64,000 nucleotides of DNA, taken from an uncultured Prochlorococcus sp. Lineage in GTDB: Bacteria; Cyanobacteriota; Cyanobacteriia; PCC-6307; Cyanobiaceae. The notes beneath the pieces are model-generated. The model ran no database searches. It was given only the letters and a program-made list of their open reading frames with translations, and had not been told where the DNA came from. Below, piece after piece: positions 49,148 to 58,761 of the stretch. Location of the stretch: positions 8,186-72,185 of the forward strand of contig CACIRS010000002.1 in the NCBI GenBank assembly GCA_902589115.1, written 5' to 3'. The position numbers and the translations under genes were made by a program. Position 1 is the first letter of the stretch. Each line of letters opens with the position of its first letter.

Positions 49148-50443
49148 ATGAAGCGTGTTTTAGCAATCATTCTGGGAGGAGGTGCTGGAACGCGCCTTTA
49201 CCCTTTAACCAAAATGAGGGCTAAGCCAGCAGTACCTCTTGCTGGAAAGTATCGCCTGATAGATATACCAATAAGTAATTGTATTAATTCAAATATCAAC
49301 AAGATGTACGTGTTGACTCAGTTCAACAGTGCTTCGTTGAATAGGCATCTTGCTCAAAGTTATAACCTTAGTGCTCCTTTTGGTCAGGGATTTGTTGAAG
49401 TACTTGCTGCACAGCAAACTCCAGAAAGTCCATCATGGTTTGAAGGAACAGCCGATGCGGTTAGGAAATATCAGTGGCTATTTCAAGAGTGGGATGTAGA
49501 TGAATATCTAATACTTTCAGGTGACCAGTTATATCGAATGGATTACAGCTTGTTTGTTGAGCATCACAGATCTACAGGAGCTGATTTAACTGTTGCAGCA
49601 CTTCCAGTAGATGCTGATCTAGCTCAAAGCTTTGGATTGATGAGAACTGATCCCGATGGCAATATTCAAGAGTTTCGAGAGAAACCAAAGGGTGATTCCC
49701 TGAAAGCAATGGCTGTTGATACATCACGTTTTGGCTTGACGTCAGAAAAGGCTATTCAAAACCCATATCTTGCATCTATGGGAATATATGTTTTTAGTAG
49801 AGAAACCTTATTTGATTTACTCAATAAGAACCCAACCTATAAAGATTTTGGTAAGGAAGTTATCCCCGAAGCTTTGAAAAGAGGAGATAAACTCAAGAGC
49901 TATGTTTTTGATGATTACTGGGAAGACATAGGAACAATTGGAGCATTTTATGAGGCAAATCTCGCACTTACACAGCAGCCTCAACCACCTTTTAGCTTCT
50001 TTGATGAGAAGTTTCCTATTTACACAAGACCTCGTTATCTTCCTCCTACTAAATTAGTTGATTCACAAATCACAGATTCAATTATTGGAGAAGGTTCAAT
50101 CCTTAAGTCCTGCAGTATTCACCATTGTGTATTAGGAGTAAGAAGCAGAATAGAAAGTAATGTTGTTCTTAAAGAATCCTTGGTTATGGGTTCAGACTTT
50201 TTTGAATCTTCAGAAGAAAGACTTGCTTTGAGAGCTGGTGGCGGCATACCTCTAGGAGTTGGAGAAGGAACTACTGTTAAAAGAGCAATCCTTGATAAGA
50301 ATACTAGGATTGGCAATAATGTAACTATCGTCAATAAAGACCGAGTAGAAGAAGCAGATCGTCCTGATGAAGGTTTTTATATAAGGAACGGAATAGTAGT
50401 TGTAGTGAAAAATGCCACCATTTCAGACGGTACTCATATTTAA
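49148..50443 (+). CDS. glgC: glucose-1-phosphate adenylyltransferase
   Basis: [23 protein letters not shown], and a left-handed beta-helix C-terminus. 431 aa. Confidence 0.95.
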   Translation: MKRVLAIILGGGAGTRLYPLTKMRAKPAVPLAGKYRLIDIPISNCINSNINKMYVLTQFNSASLNRHLAQSYNLSAPFGQGFVEVLAAQQTPESPSWFEGTADAVRKYQWLFQEWDVDEYLILSGDQLYRMDYSLFVEHHRSTGADLTVAALPVDADLAQSFGLMRTDPDGNIQEFREKPKGDSLKAMAVDTSRFGLTSEKAIQNPYLASMGIYVFSRETLFDLLNKNPTYKDFGKEVIPEALKRGDKLKSYVFDDYWEDIGTIGAFYEANLALTQQPQPPFSFFDEKFPIYTRPRYLPPTKLVDSQITDSIIGEGSILKSCSIHHCVLGVRSRIESNVVLKESLVMGSDFFESSEERLALRAGGGIPLGVGEGTTVKRAILDKNTRIGNNVTIVNKDRVEEADRPDEGFYIRNGIVVVVKNATISDGTHI

Positions 50444-50448
50444 AAAAA

Positions 50449-50473
50449 ATATTTGAATTTCTTCTTCAAATAT
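50449..50473 (+). terminator. AT-rich hairpin 6 nt after the glgC stop (9-bp stem, 7-nt loop)
   Basis: atatttgaa (50449-57) pairs with ttcaaatat (50465-73). Weak (all A/T except one G-C pair) and has no clean U-tract. Confidence 0.3.
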
Positions 50474-50605
50474 AAAACCCTACAAATAAAGGCTTTTTAA
50501 AATAAAAAACACACATACGATGGTTCAACCCTGACATTGTTCTCTATAAAGCAACTTAATAAGGCTTTCATAGTTCACACTGTCCAAATATAAATTTCCT
50601 TCAAC

Positions 50606-52024
50606 ATGTCCAAGGCGCATTTTGGGTTAATAGGACTTGGAGTAATGGGAGAGAATTTAGTTTTGAATGCTGAAAATAATGGGTTTTCGAGTGTTGTATA
50701 CAATCGAACTTATGCCAAAACAATTTCTTTCCTTGAAGGCAGAGGAAGAAATAAATCAATATCTGGGGCAAAAAATTTAAAAGAATTTGTTGAGAAGCTT
50801 GAGCGACCACGAAGAATTTTGGTAATGGTTAAAGCGGGGAAAGCTACAGATGCAGTTATTGATCAAATTTCCCCCTATTTAGAAGAAGGAGATCTTTTGA
50901 TAGACGGTGGTAATTCTGAATTTCGAGAAACAGAAAGACGAGTTGCGCAGCTTGAGGAAAAAAGCTTTGGATATTTAGGAATGGGTGTTTCAGGAGGGGC
51001 TAAAGGTGCTTTAGAAGGTCCAAGCATGATGCCAGGTGGTACAAAAAGTTCTTATCAGGCAGTTGAGAAACTTTTATGCAAGATGTCTGCAAAGGTTGAT
51101 GATATCCCTTGCGTCACATATATCGGCCCTGGTGGTTCAGGTCACTTTGTAAAAACTGTCCACAATGGCATTGAATATGGTGTAGAACAAATCCTCGCAG
51201 AGTCTTATGACCTAATGAAGCGAGTAGCAGGGATGACTTCTGCTCAAATGGCTGACGTAATGAAAACTTGGAATAATTCTGAGGAATTATCCTCATATTT
51301 GGTAGAGATAACAGAATTGTGTCTTAGAGAGATTGATGAAGATGGTGAGACACCCTTAGTTGAAAAGATAATGGATAAAGCTGGACAGAAAGGAACTGGG
51401 TTGTGGACTGTTATGTCAGCTTTAGAACTAGGTGGACCTGTTCCAACTATCTATGCATCTCTTAATGCACGTGTTATGAGCTCTATTAAAGAGCGAAGAG
51501 TAAAAACAGAATCTTTATATGCTTATTCTCAAGTTCTATCGCAGAATATTTCGAGTTCTTTTAACGATATACCCTCTATTACGGATGCAGTAGTTCTGTC
51601 TACTATCTCTAGTTATGCCCAAGGAATGGAATTACTATCTATAGCATCCAAGGAATACAATTACGACCTGAATATGTATGAGATAGCCCAGATTTGGAAG
51701 GGTGGTTGCATTATTCGATCTACTTTATTGAACCGCATTCAAGATGCTTATAAAAAGAATCCACTGCTTGAAAACTTATTGTTAGATCCATGGTTTTCTG
51801 ATCAAGTTAAGAATCGTTTGCCTGGCCTATCTAAGATAGTTTCAATTGCAGCCGAACAAGGCATTCCTACCCCATGTTTTACTAGTAGTCTTGATTATAT
51901 AAATAGCTATCGAACAGCAAGATTACCCCAGAATCTTGTTCAAGCAATGAGAGATTGCTTTGGATCTCACACCTATGAACGTATAGATAAGCCTGGGAGT
52001 TTTCATACTGAGTGGCAAATTTAA
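50606..52024 (+). CDS. gnd: 6-phosphogluconate dehydrogenase (decarboxylating)
   Basis: GLIGLGVMGENL, GMGVSGG..GA, HNGIEYG, WKGGCIIRS. Confidence 0.95.
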   Translation: MSKAHFGLIGLGVMGENLVLNAENNGFSSVVYNRTYAKTISFLEGRGRNKSISGAKNLKEFVEKLERPRRILVMVKAGKATDAVIDQISPYLEEGDLLIDGGNSEFRETERRVAQLEEKSFGYLGMGVSGGAKGALEGPSMMPGGTKSSYQAVEKLLCKMSAKVDDIPCVTYIGPGGSGHFVKTVHNGIEYGVEQILAESYDLMKRVAGMTSAQMADVMKTWNNSEELSSYLVEITELCLREIDEDGETPLVEKIMDKAGQKGTGLWTVMSALELGGPVPTIYASLNARVMSSIKERRVKTESLYAYSQVLSQNISSSFNDIPSITDAVVLSTISSYAQGMELLSIASKEYNYDLNMYEIAQIWKGGCIIRSTLLNRIQDAYKKNPLLENLLLDPWFSDQVKNRLPGLSKIVSIAAEQGIPTPCFTSSLDYINSYRTARLPQNLVQAMRDCFGSHTYERIDKPGSFHTEWQI

Positions 52025-52037
52025 AAGGGAATAATTT

Positions 52038-52751
52038 ATGTCTATCTATAAATTAGAAAAATCTATTAATCAAGAAGTTCTGGCTAAAAAAGCTTCAGAA
52101 ATAATAGCAACTAATATAGATTTAGTTCTTGACCAAAAAGAGAGATGTAGAATAGCACTTTCTGGTGGTAAAACCCCTACAGAAACCTATAAATTTTTAG
52201 GACAAGAGCATTTAGCATGGGATAGAGTAGACGTAATGCTTGGAGATGAAAGATGGGTTGATAGTAATAATGAATTGAGCAATACTAAGATGCTATATAA
52301 AACCCTTTTTGATTCAAACTTCTCATCAAAAGCAACATTCCATCCGATTATTACTACAGAACTCTCATCTCCTCAACAGAGTGCTGATGCATATGAAAAG
52401 CAACTAATAAATGTTTGTGGGAGTAATTTTCCTGTTCTGGATCTAATTTTACTAGGTTTGGGTGACGATGGACACACCGCATCTTTATTCCCGTATTCCG
52501 ATTCATTGAATGTACAAGATAAATTGGTTTTAGTTGGAAAAGGGAAAGGGACTGATCGAATAACTCTTAGTGCTCCACTTATTTCCTCTGCTAATAAAGT
52601 TATCTTTTTGGTTAGTGGAGCATCTAAACAAAACGCACTAAAGAGGTTAATAGATCCTTTGGAGAATTATCAGCGAACTCCCGCCAAATTAATAAATACA
52701 AAAAATGAAATATTAATACTTGCCGATGAAGAAGCTTCTCGCTTTATTTAG
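52038..52751 (+). CDS. pgl: 6-phosphogluconolactonase
   Basis: IALSGGKTP, GDERWV, LLGLGDDGHTASLFP. 237 aa, 13 nt after gnd. Confidence 0.85.
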   Translation: MSIYKLEKSINQEVLAKKASEIIATNIDLVLDQKERCRIALSGGKTPTETYKFLGQEHLAWDRVDVMLGDERWVDSNNELSNTKMLYKTLFDSNFSSKATFHPIITTELSSPQQSADAYEKQLINVCGSNFPVLDLILLGLGDDGHTASLFPYSDSLNVQDKLVLVGKGKGTDRITLSAPLISSANKVIFLVSGASKQNALKRLIDPLENYQRTPAKLINTKNEILILADEEASRFI

Positions 52752-52769
52752 TGCTATTAATTATTTTTA

Positions 52770-53345
52770 GTGATTAAACAATCTTTCGAAAGAAAACCTG
52801 CCGAATTTCTAATCTTTCATAAGAAGGGTTTTCATGATTGGATTTCCATTAATGACAGCATTATGGGTGGTAATAGTAAAGCAAGTTGTTACGTTTCAAA
52901 AGATGGTCTAGTTCTACAAGGTGAGTTGGTAGAGGAGGGAGGTGGATTCGTTAGCTGCACTTCGCCTCGCTATGGCAATCCTTATAATTTGTCTGAATTT
53001 GTTGGATTGAGAATTCAAATAGATGGTGCTGGTCGAACTTTTAAAGTAGCTCTTCGTTGTAAGCCTAGTTCTATTGGGATGGCTAATTTATATGGAGGAG
53101 GTCTTTGTTGGGTTTATGAATTCCCTACAGACAAAATTGGCACTACAACAGTTAAAGTTCTATTTAATGATCTTAAGCCAACTGTTAGAGCAAAACCTGT
53201 TCGTTTACCATTGCAATTTAATTCGTCTGCAGTAATTCAATTTCAAGTATTACATTCAAAGTTTGGACTCCCAGGAAAGTTAAATAAGTCTTTCATAGAG
53301 GGCCCAATAAACATGCTCTTACGATCTATCAGTGCCTTTACCTGA
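52770..53345 (+). CDS. CIA30-domain protein (complex I intermediate-associated protein 30-like)
   Basis: INDSIMGGNS...GGGFVS...F.GLRIQIDGAGRTFKV pattern is typical of the CIA30 beta-sandwich. GTG start. Confidence 0.6.
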   Translation: MIKQSFERKPAEFLIFHKKGFHDWISINDSIMGGNSKASCYVSKDGLVLQGELVEEGGGFVSCTSPRYGNPYNLSEFVGLRIQIDGAGRTFKVALRCKPSSIGMANLYGGGLCWVYEFPTDKIGTTTVKVLFNDLKPTVRAKPVRLPLQFNSSAVIQFQVLHSKFGLPGKLNKSFIEGPINMLLRSISAFT

Positions 53346-53736
53346 TTCCAGAAATGAACTATTTGTGTTGCTAGCTTCTGCAGCAGACACAACTTTGAAG
53401 CCATGGAAGCATTCGATAGTGGATAAAAATAGTCTTGAAGAATTCGTGGATTTTGACTCTTCAGATTTAATGGTAGCAATAGAATGCCGTTCAATAGATG
53501 CTAAAAGATCTCCTGAACATGATCTGGATTTGGAAATTTATAAAAGTGGAAATGAATACAACATTAATTTGTCCTGGAGTAATCGACCTGATAGTCCAAT
53601 CTTGTGGCATGGCAAACATTCTGTATGGATGGATTCAATTGTTGGCAGTCGTTGTCAAAAGCCTATTGGAGGAGAAAAGCTTGAATCTCTTGCTAGAAGA
53701 CTAAGAGCATTATTTATATCACCTAATTTGGATTAA
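53332..53736 (+). CDS. hypothetical protein, 134 aa
   Basis: GTG-started ORF overlapping the CIA30 gene by 14 nt. Balanced, non-low-complexity composition. No family recognised. Confidence 0.45.
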   Translation: MPLPDSRNELFVLLASAADTTLKPWKHSIVDKNSLEEFVDFDSSDLMVAIECRSIDAKRSPEHDLDLEIYKSGNEYNINLSWSNRPDSPILWHGKHSVWMDSIVGSRCQKPIGGEKLESLARRLRALFISPNLD

Positions 53737-53739
53737 TTA

Positions 53740-55413
53740 TTAATATATTTGGTCTGTAATTGCTCCTCTACTAGAACTACTTACAAGTCTAGAATATTTT
53801 CCAAGAACCCCTGTCTTATATCTGGGTTTTGGTTGTTGCCAACTTATTCGTCTTTTCTTAATTTCACTTTCATCTATATTAAGTTGAATCAATCCTTTAT
53901 CAGCATCAACAGTAATACTATCTCCATTTTTAATTAAGCCGATAGTTCCTCCCACCGCAGCTTCGGGTGCTACATGTCCAACTACAAGTCCATATGTGCC
54001 TCCACTAAATCTTCCATCTGTAATTAGTGCGACTTTATCCCCTAATCCTTGACCAACTATTGCTGAGGTTGGAGCTAGCATTTCTCTCATGCCTGGACCA
54101 CCCACGGGTCCCTCATAACGAACTACGACAACATCACCTTCTTTGATCTTGTTATTTAGAATTGCTTCTAAGCATTCTTCTTCACTTTCAAAAACTATCG
54201 CTGGTCCTGTTAGTAATGGTTTTTTTATACCACTTATTTTTGCAACACTGCCTTCCTTCGCGATATTGCCCTTAAGAATTGCAAGGTGGCCTTTCTTATA
54301 TAAGGGGTTAGAAATAGGTCTTATGACATCTTGATCCTTCGGAGGCTCATTAGGAACATTTTTGAGAATTTCTTTTATAGATTTACCTTCAATATTAATG
54401 CAATCTCCATGAAGTAAACCAGCCTCAAGTAATAATTTCATTACTTGAGGAATACCTCCTGCATTATGTAGATCTACTGTGACATATTTACCACTAGGTT
54501 TGAGATCACAAATCACAGGAACTTTTTGCCTAATTATTTCGAAGTCATCTATAGAGAGCTGAATGCCGGCTGTTCTAGCAATTGCAAGTAAATGTAGTAC
54601 TGCATTTGTTGATCCACCTACAGCCATAATTACACTAATAGCATTCTCTAATGATTTTCTTGTTAGTAAATCTAGTGGCCTTATATTTAACCTTATGGCT
54701 TTGACAAGTGTTCTTGCACTATCTTCTGTACTTAATTTTTTTTCATGGTCTTCTGCCGCCATCGTGGAGCTATATGGAAGACTAAAACCTAATGTTTCAA
54801 TTACAGCAGACATGGTATTTGCTGTAAACATTCCTCCACAACTGCCTGCTCCAGGACATGCATTTTTTTCTACATCTAATAATCTTTCCTTGTTTATTTT
54901 TCCACTAGCTAGCTGCCCAACTGCCTCAAAAGCACTTACTACAGTTAAATCTTCCCCGTTTAATTTTCCTGGTTTTATTGTGCCACCATATACAAATATT
55001 GAAGGAATATTCATTCTTGCTATCGCAATCATTGCTCCTGGCATATTTTTATCGCATCCTCCTATAGCAAGAACTCCGTCCATGCTTTGCGCATTGCATG
55101 CCGTTTCAATTGCATCTGCTATGACTTCTCTAGACACCAAGGAATACTTCATTCCCTCGGTTCCCATAGAGATTCCATCGCTAACAGTTATTGTCCCGAA
55201 CATTTGTGGCATGGCGCCCGATACTTTTAAAGATTTTTCAGCACATAGCGCCAATTGATTTAATCCCACATTGCAAGGAGTTATAGTGCTATATCCATTT
55301 GCAATTCCTACTATTGGCTTTGAGAAATCCTCATCCTCAAAGCCTACTGCTCTAAGCATTGCTCTATTTGGAGACCTTTGAACGCCTTCTGTAATAGCTC
55401 TAGATCTCAGCAT
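53740..55413 (-). CDS. ilvD: dihydroxy-acid dehydratase
   Basis: 557 aa. [38 protein letters not shown]. Confidence 0.95.
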   Translation of the reverse strand: MLRSRAITEGVQRSPNRAMLRAVGFEDEDFSKPIVGIANGYSTITPCNVGLNQLALCAEKSLKVSGAMPQMFGTITVSDGISMGTEGMKYSLVSREVIADAIETACNAQSMDGVLAIGGCDKNMPGAMIAIARMNIPSIFVYGGTIKPGKLNGEDLTVVSAFEAVGQLASGKINKERLLDVEKNACPGAGSCGGMFTANTMSAVIETLGFSLPYSSTMAAEDHEKKLSTEDSARTLVKAIRLNIRPLDLLTRKSLENAISVIMAVGGSTNAVLHLLAIARTAGIQLSIDDFEIIRQKVPVICDLKPSGKYVTVDLHNAGGIPQVMKLLLEAGLLHGDCINIEGKSIKEILKNVPNEPPKDQDVIRPISNPLYKKGHLAILKGNIAKEGSVAKISGIKKPLLTGPAIVFESEEECLEAILNNKIKEGDVVVVRYEGPVGGPGMREMLAPTSAIVGQGLGDKVALITDGRFSGGTYGLVVGHVAPEAAVGGTIGLIKNGDSITVDADKGLIQLNIDESEIKKRRISWQQPKPRYKTGVLGKYSRLVSSSSRGAITDQIY

Positions 55414-55460
55414 AGTTATAAGGAATAAATAGTTAATTGAATAAATATATTGTTATTGCA

Positions 55461-55760
55461 TCAACTTCTTGCACCTAAGTCTTCTAATTGTTTTCTAACA
55501 TCCGCAATGGCAGCATTTAATTGTTCAACTCTTTCTTCTAGGTGTTCACTGTTTTCAGTGGGAACTGATGGTGAAGTTGTTTCAAATGCTTCAGAGCCAT
55601 CTTGCATCCTTGGCGCATAAAGCATTGCTCTTTGTTTCTTACTCTTTTGTCTTCTTTCAGCTTCAGAAATTAACCACCAAGCCAGGCCTGCTGCTCCTAA
55701 GAGAGCCCCACTGATTAAGGAGGATAGGCTTCCTCCTGATGAATCTCGATACTGACTCAT
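55461..55760 (-). CDS. hypothetical membrane-anchored coiled-coil protein
   Basis: 99 aa. One TM helix (LISGALLGAAGLAWWLI), a basic stretch and a C-terminal amphipathic helix. Confidence 0.5.
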   Translation of the reverse strand: MSQYRDSSGGSLSSLISGALLGAAGLAWWLISEAERRQKSKKQRAMLYAPRMQDGSEAFETTSPSVPTENSEHLEERVEQLNAAIADVRKQLEDLGARS

Positions 55761-55784
55761 GGCGTTTTTTTACTTATTCCAATC

Positions 55785-56402
55785 CTAGTTCGGGCCTGCG
55801 ATTATTGTATTTAGTCTTAGTAAAGGATTTCCTATCCCAGGATTAATAACATTGTTATCTGATACCTCAGGATCTATGCAGGCAGCATATATTGTTAGAT
55901 CTGGCCAGGTTTCTGCTATGTAGCTTAGTCCAGGAGCAGAAGCTAATGCTGTTATTACTCTTATTCTTTTAGCTAAAATATTTTGAGCTTTTAGCTCTAT
56001 TAAGAAGTCTAATAGTGTTTTCTCAGAAGCGATTTGATCAACAAATATTATTATTCCTGCTTTCGCACAGATTTCTTTCGGTATTCCTCCTAGGCATAGT
56101 TGATTATTTGGAAGTACGTTCCTAGCACCCTGCCATAGTTCTATCCCTCCAGGAAGAATTGGGAATGAAATTAAAGGGACGTTGGCTTCAATGACCACAC
56201 CTTCTGTTGGACCATTTGAAGTTTGAACCTCTTCTTTCCTATGAGGTAGCCAATCTCTTAGGGCTTCATAGGTAAGCCATTTACCCAGTTCCTCTAAGGC
56301 AGTTGCATAAATTGGAGGTGGTGTTGAATCTTCTCTCAGAATTGTTAGCCAGTGCCCAATTAATGGGTGTGGAGGAACAATTACTCTTAATGACATTGCC
56401 AT
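55785..56402 (-). CDS. uracil phosphoribosyltransferase homolog with degenerate active-site motifs
   Basis: The N-terminal half aligns well with Upp (HPLIGHWLTILR...LTYEA...PIL.GG). The PRPP loop reads VDQIASEKT and the C-terminal uracil motif reads PGIGNPLLRL. Confidence 0.75.
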   Translation of the reverse strand: MAMSLRVIVPPHPLIGHWLTILREDSTPPPIYATALEELGKWLTYEALRDWLPHRKEEVQTSNGPTEGVVIEANVPLISFPILPGGIELWQGARNVLPNNQLCLGGIPKEICAKAGIIIFVDQIASEKTLLDFLIELKAQNILAKRIRVITALASAPGLSYIAETWPDLTIYAACIDPEVSDNNVINPGIGNPLLRLNTIIAGPN

Positions 56403-56454
56403 GATTCATTAAATGGCACTTATTTGCCATAACGTGAATGAATAAATTACTGAC

Positions 56455-56988
56455 ATGCTCTCTTTTCCCTCAATAATGTCACTTCCTCTTTCTTTTTGGA
56501 CTCGCTTTAAAGCACTTTGCCTTATTTGCCTATTGATATTAGGGTTTTGTTTCCCTTCTCAGAAGGTTTGGGCTAAAAGACCTCCTGAAACACGTAATCA
56601 AGAGGAAATAGAAATTTCGCAAGATATGCATGCTAGAGACTTGCAAGGATATGAATTTGTAAAAGTTGACATGAGGGGCATTGATCTAAGCGAATCTGAC
56701 CTTCGAGGTGCCGTTTTTAATAACAGCCAATTACAAGGAGCGAATTTGACGGGATCAGATTTAAAGGATGTTTTGGCTTATTCCACTGATTTCGAAAATG
56801 CTGATTTGCGAGACTCTAATTTCACAGGTGCATTACTGATGGAAAGTAGTTTTAATGAAGCTCTTATCGAAGGGGCTGATTTTACAGATGCAATTATTAA
56901 TCGAATTCAATTGAGAGAGTTATGTAAAAGGGCTGATGGAATTAATAGCAAAAGTGGGGTAGAGACCAGCTATAGTCTTGGATGTTGA
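56455..56988 (+). CDS. pentapeptide-repeat protein with signal/anchor sequence (lumenal/periplasmic type)
   Basis: Tandem A(D/N)LXX repeats: DLRGAVFNNSQLQGANLTGSDLKDVLAYSTDFENADLRDSNFTGALL. Confidence 0.8.
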   Translation: MLSFPSIMSLPLSFWTRFKALCLICLLILGFCFPSQKVWAKRPPETRNQEEIEISQDMHARDLQGYEFVKVDMRGIDLSESDLRGAVFNNSQLQGANLTGSDLKDVLAYSTDFENADLRDSNFTGALLMESSFNEALIEGADFTDAIINRIQLRELCKRADGINSKSGVETSYSLGC

Positions 56989-57013
56989 TTTTTGCAAACC
57001 TTAAACTTTTGAT

Positions 57014-58075
57014 ATGAGTAAACGTCTACCAGTAACTGTACTAACAGGATTCCTTGGTGCAGGAAAAACGACTATATTAAGACATTTGTTGAGATATAGT
57101 GGGCAAAGAATTGCGGTGATAGTTAACGAATTTGGAAGTGTAGGTTTGGATGGGGATTTGATAAGAAGCTGTGGATTTTGTACAGAAGAAGAATTAGATG
57201 GACAACTTATAGAACTAAATAATGGATGTTTGTGTTGCACTGTTCAAGATGAATTTCTGCCAATGATGAAGTTATTACTTCAAAAATCAGATAAAATAGA
57301 TCATATATTAATTGAAACAAGTGGTCTTGCTTTGCCCAAACCCTTGTTAAAGGCTTTAACTTGGCCAGAGATAAGGACAAAAGTTCTTGTAAATTCAGTT
57401 GTAACTATTGTTGATGGCGAAGCACTTTCCAGTGGAAGCCTAGTTGGAGATATTTCTTTACTAGAAGATCAAAGAAATGCTGATCCAAGTATTGATCATA
57501 TAACTCCATTAAATGAGTTGTTTAATGATCAATTAGAATCAGCAGATTTGGTTTTAATTAGTAAGGCTGATAGAATTTCACTCATAGGACTAAATAAAGT
57601 TAAAAACGAACTATCTAACAAAGTTAGATCTAATACCAAAATTTTTGAAATCAGTAAAGGAGTTGTTGATCCGTTATTGATTCTTGGCTTTAAATCTGTA
57701 ATAGATGATCTTTCTATTAATTCATCGGTTGTATCTGAAAATGATGATGATCATCATCATCATCATCACTTGGATGTAGAAAGCGTACATCTTCGCATTG
57801 AATGTAAAGTTGATTGGACGAAACTGGAATTGAGATTACCCCACATATCCAATAAGTATCAGATTCTTCGTTTAAAAGGACGATGTTGGCTTCCTAATAA
57901 AGAACTTCCTCTTCAAGTACAAATGGTTGGGCCTAGACTTACTTCTTGGTTTGAATCTGCTCCCTCCAATGCTTGGAGACCAGAAGAAAGTGGCATTGAC
58001 TTTGTAGTTCTTAACTTAGAGCGCGATTCGGCTCAATCGATTAGAGATGAACTCATTTTAACTTTAAATTCTTAG
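57014..58075 (+). CDS. COG0523/CobW-family G3E GTPase metallochaperone with internal His run
   Basis: Walker A GFLGAGKTT, metal motif GCLCC, ETSG, SKAD, and linker DDDHHHHHH (His run at 57752-57769). Confidence 0.85.
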   Translation: MSKRLPVTVLTGFLGAGKTTILRHLLRYSGQRIAVIVNEFGSVGLDGDLIRSCGFCTEEELDGQLIELNNGCLCCTVQDEFLPMMKLLLQKSDKIDHILIETSGLALPKPLLKALTWPEIRTKVLVNSVVTIVDGEALSSGSLVGDISLLEDQRNADPSIDHITPLNELFNDQLESADLVLISKADRISLIGLNKVKNELSNKVRSNTKIFEISKGVVDPLLILGFKSVIDDLSINSSVVSENDDDHHHHHHLDVESVHLRIECKVDWTKLELRLPHISNKYQILRLKGRCWLPNKELPLQVQMVGPRLTSWFESAPSNAWRPEESGIDFVVLNLERDSAQSIRDELILTLNS

Positions 58076-58205
58076 ACAAAATTCGAAATAGCCCCAGAAA
58101 TTTTCTTTTATTCCTAATTACAAATAGATTGTTATACAAAATTAATATTTGGTTTTCAAAAAATAGAGCAGAATAAGCAGGAATTTTTATATTGCCTTAT
58201 CTTCA

Positions 58206-58382
58206 GTGGCCATTTCAGCTAACGACAGTAAAGCAAAATGTCATGAAAATTGGTCGAATTCAATTTTAAACCCGTTGACGTGTAATCAATGTGGTGGCAA
58301 TGGCTATATGAAGACAACCCCGAATTGTTATCACACATGCCTTGATTGCTTAGGTAGAGGAATTGTCTCTCCAGATAACTGA
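58206..58382 (+). CDS. 58-aa DnaJ-type zinc-finger micro-protein (below ORF-track cutoff)
   Basis: My own translation from GTG 58206: (M)AISANDSKAKCHENWSNSILNPLTCNQCGGNGYMKTTPNCYHTCLDCLGRGIVSPDN. It has two CxxCxGxG motifs. Start codon uncertain (TTG at Leu24 is also possible). Confidence 0.4.
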   Translation: MAISANDSKAKCHENWSNSILNPLTCNQCGGNGYMKTTPNCYHTCLDCLGRGIVSPDN

Positions 58383-58487
58383 ATTTCCTAACCAACTCAA
58401 TAACTTAGTTTTGATATATAACATCTGATTTGGCAATAACCTTAAATATAGTCATGCTTGCAAAAGTAATTGGGAGATTAAGAAACC

Positions 58488-58754
58488 GTGCCTAATTATC
58501 AAGCTAGAGTTTTAGTAAACTTGAGACCTTCAGTTCTTGACCCAGCAGGTGAAGCAGCTAGATCTGCAGCCAATAGGTTGGGAGTTACTGGAATCACAAA
58601 ATTACGTATTGGTAAATCTGTGGAACTTCAAATTGAAGCTGCAGATGAGATAGAAGCCCGACAGAGACTTGAATTGCTTAGCGATAGATTGTTGGCTAAT
58701 CCAGTTATCGAGGATTGGACTTTGGAATTAGAACCTTGTTCATCTACCTCCTGA
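58488..58754 (+). CDS. purS: phosphoribosylformylglycinamidine synthase subunit PurS
   Basis: 88 aa with GTG start. [16 protein letters not shown]...L is typical of PurS. Directly precedes purQ. Confidence 0.9.
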   Translation: MPNYQARVLVNLRPSVLDPAGEAARSAANRLGVTGITKLRIGKSVELQIEAADEIEARQRLELLSDRLLANPVIEDWTLELEPCSSTS

Positions 58755-58761
58755 AAATTTT

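Noticed and set aside
54563-55258. 231-aa ORF on the plus strand
   Set aside because: It lies entirely antisense to the unmistakable ilvD gene. Its Ser/Ala/Ile/Pro-rich low-information composition is typical of a shadow frame.
57752-57769. Six consecutive His codons (cat x5, cac) that look like an engineered His6 tag
   Set aside because: The run is internal to the protein, preceded by DDD, and sits in the variable linker where natural COG0523 proteins commonly carry His-rich stretches. No vector-like flanks.
58076-58205. Possibility that the large spacer upstream of purS encodes 6S RNA or another housekeeping RNA
   Set aside because: I could find no long closing-stem complementarity or central-bubble architecture. 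The linkage I recall for cyanobacterial 6S RNA is to purK, not purS, and the spacer is better explained by the zinc-finger ORF.
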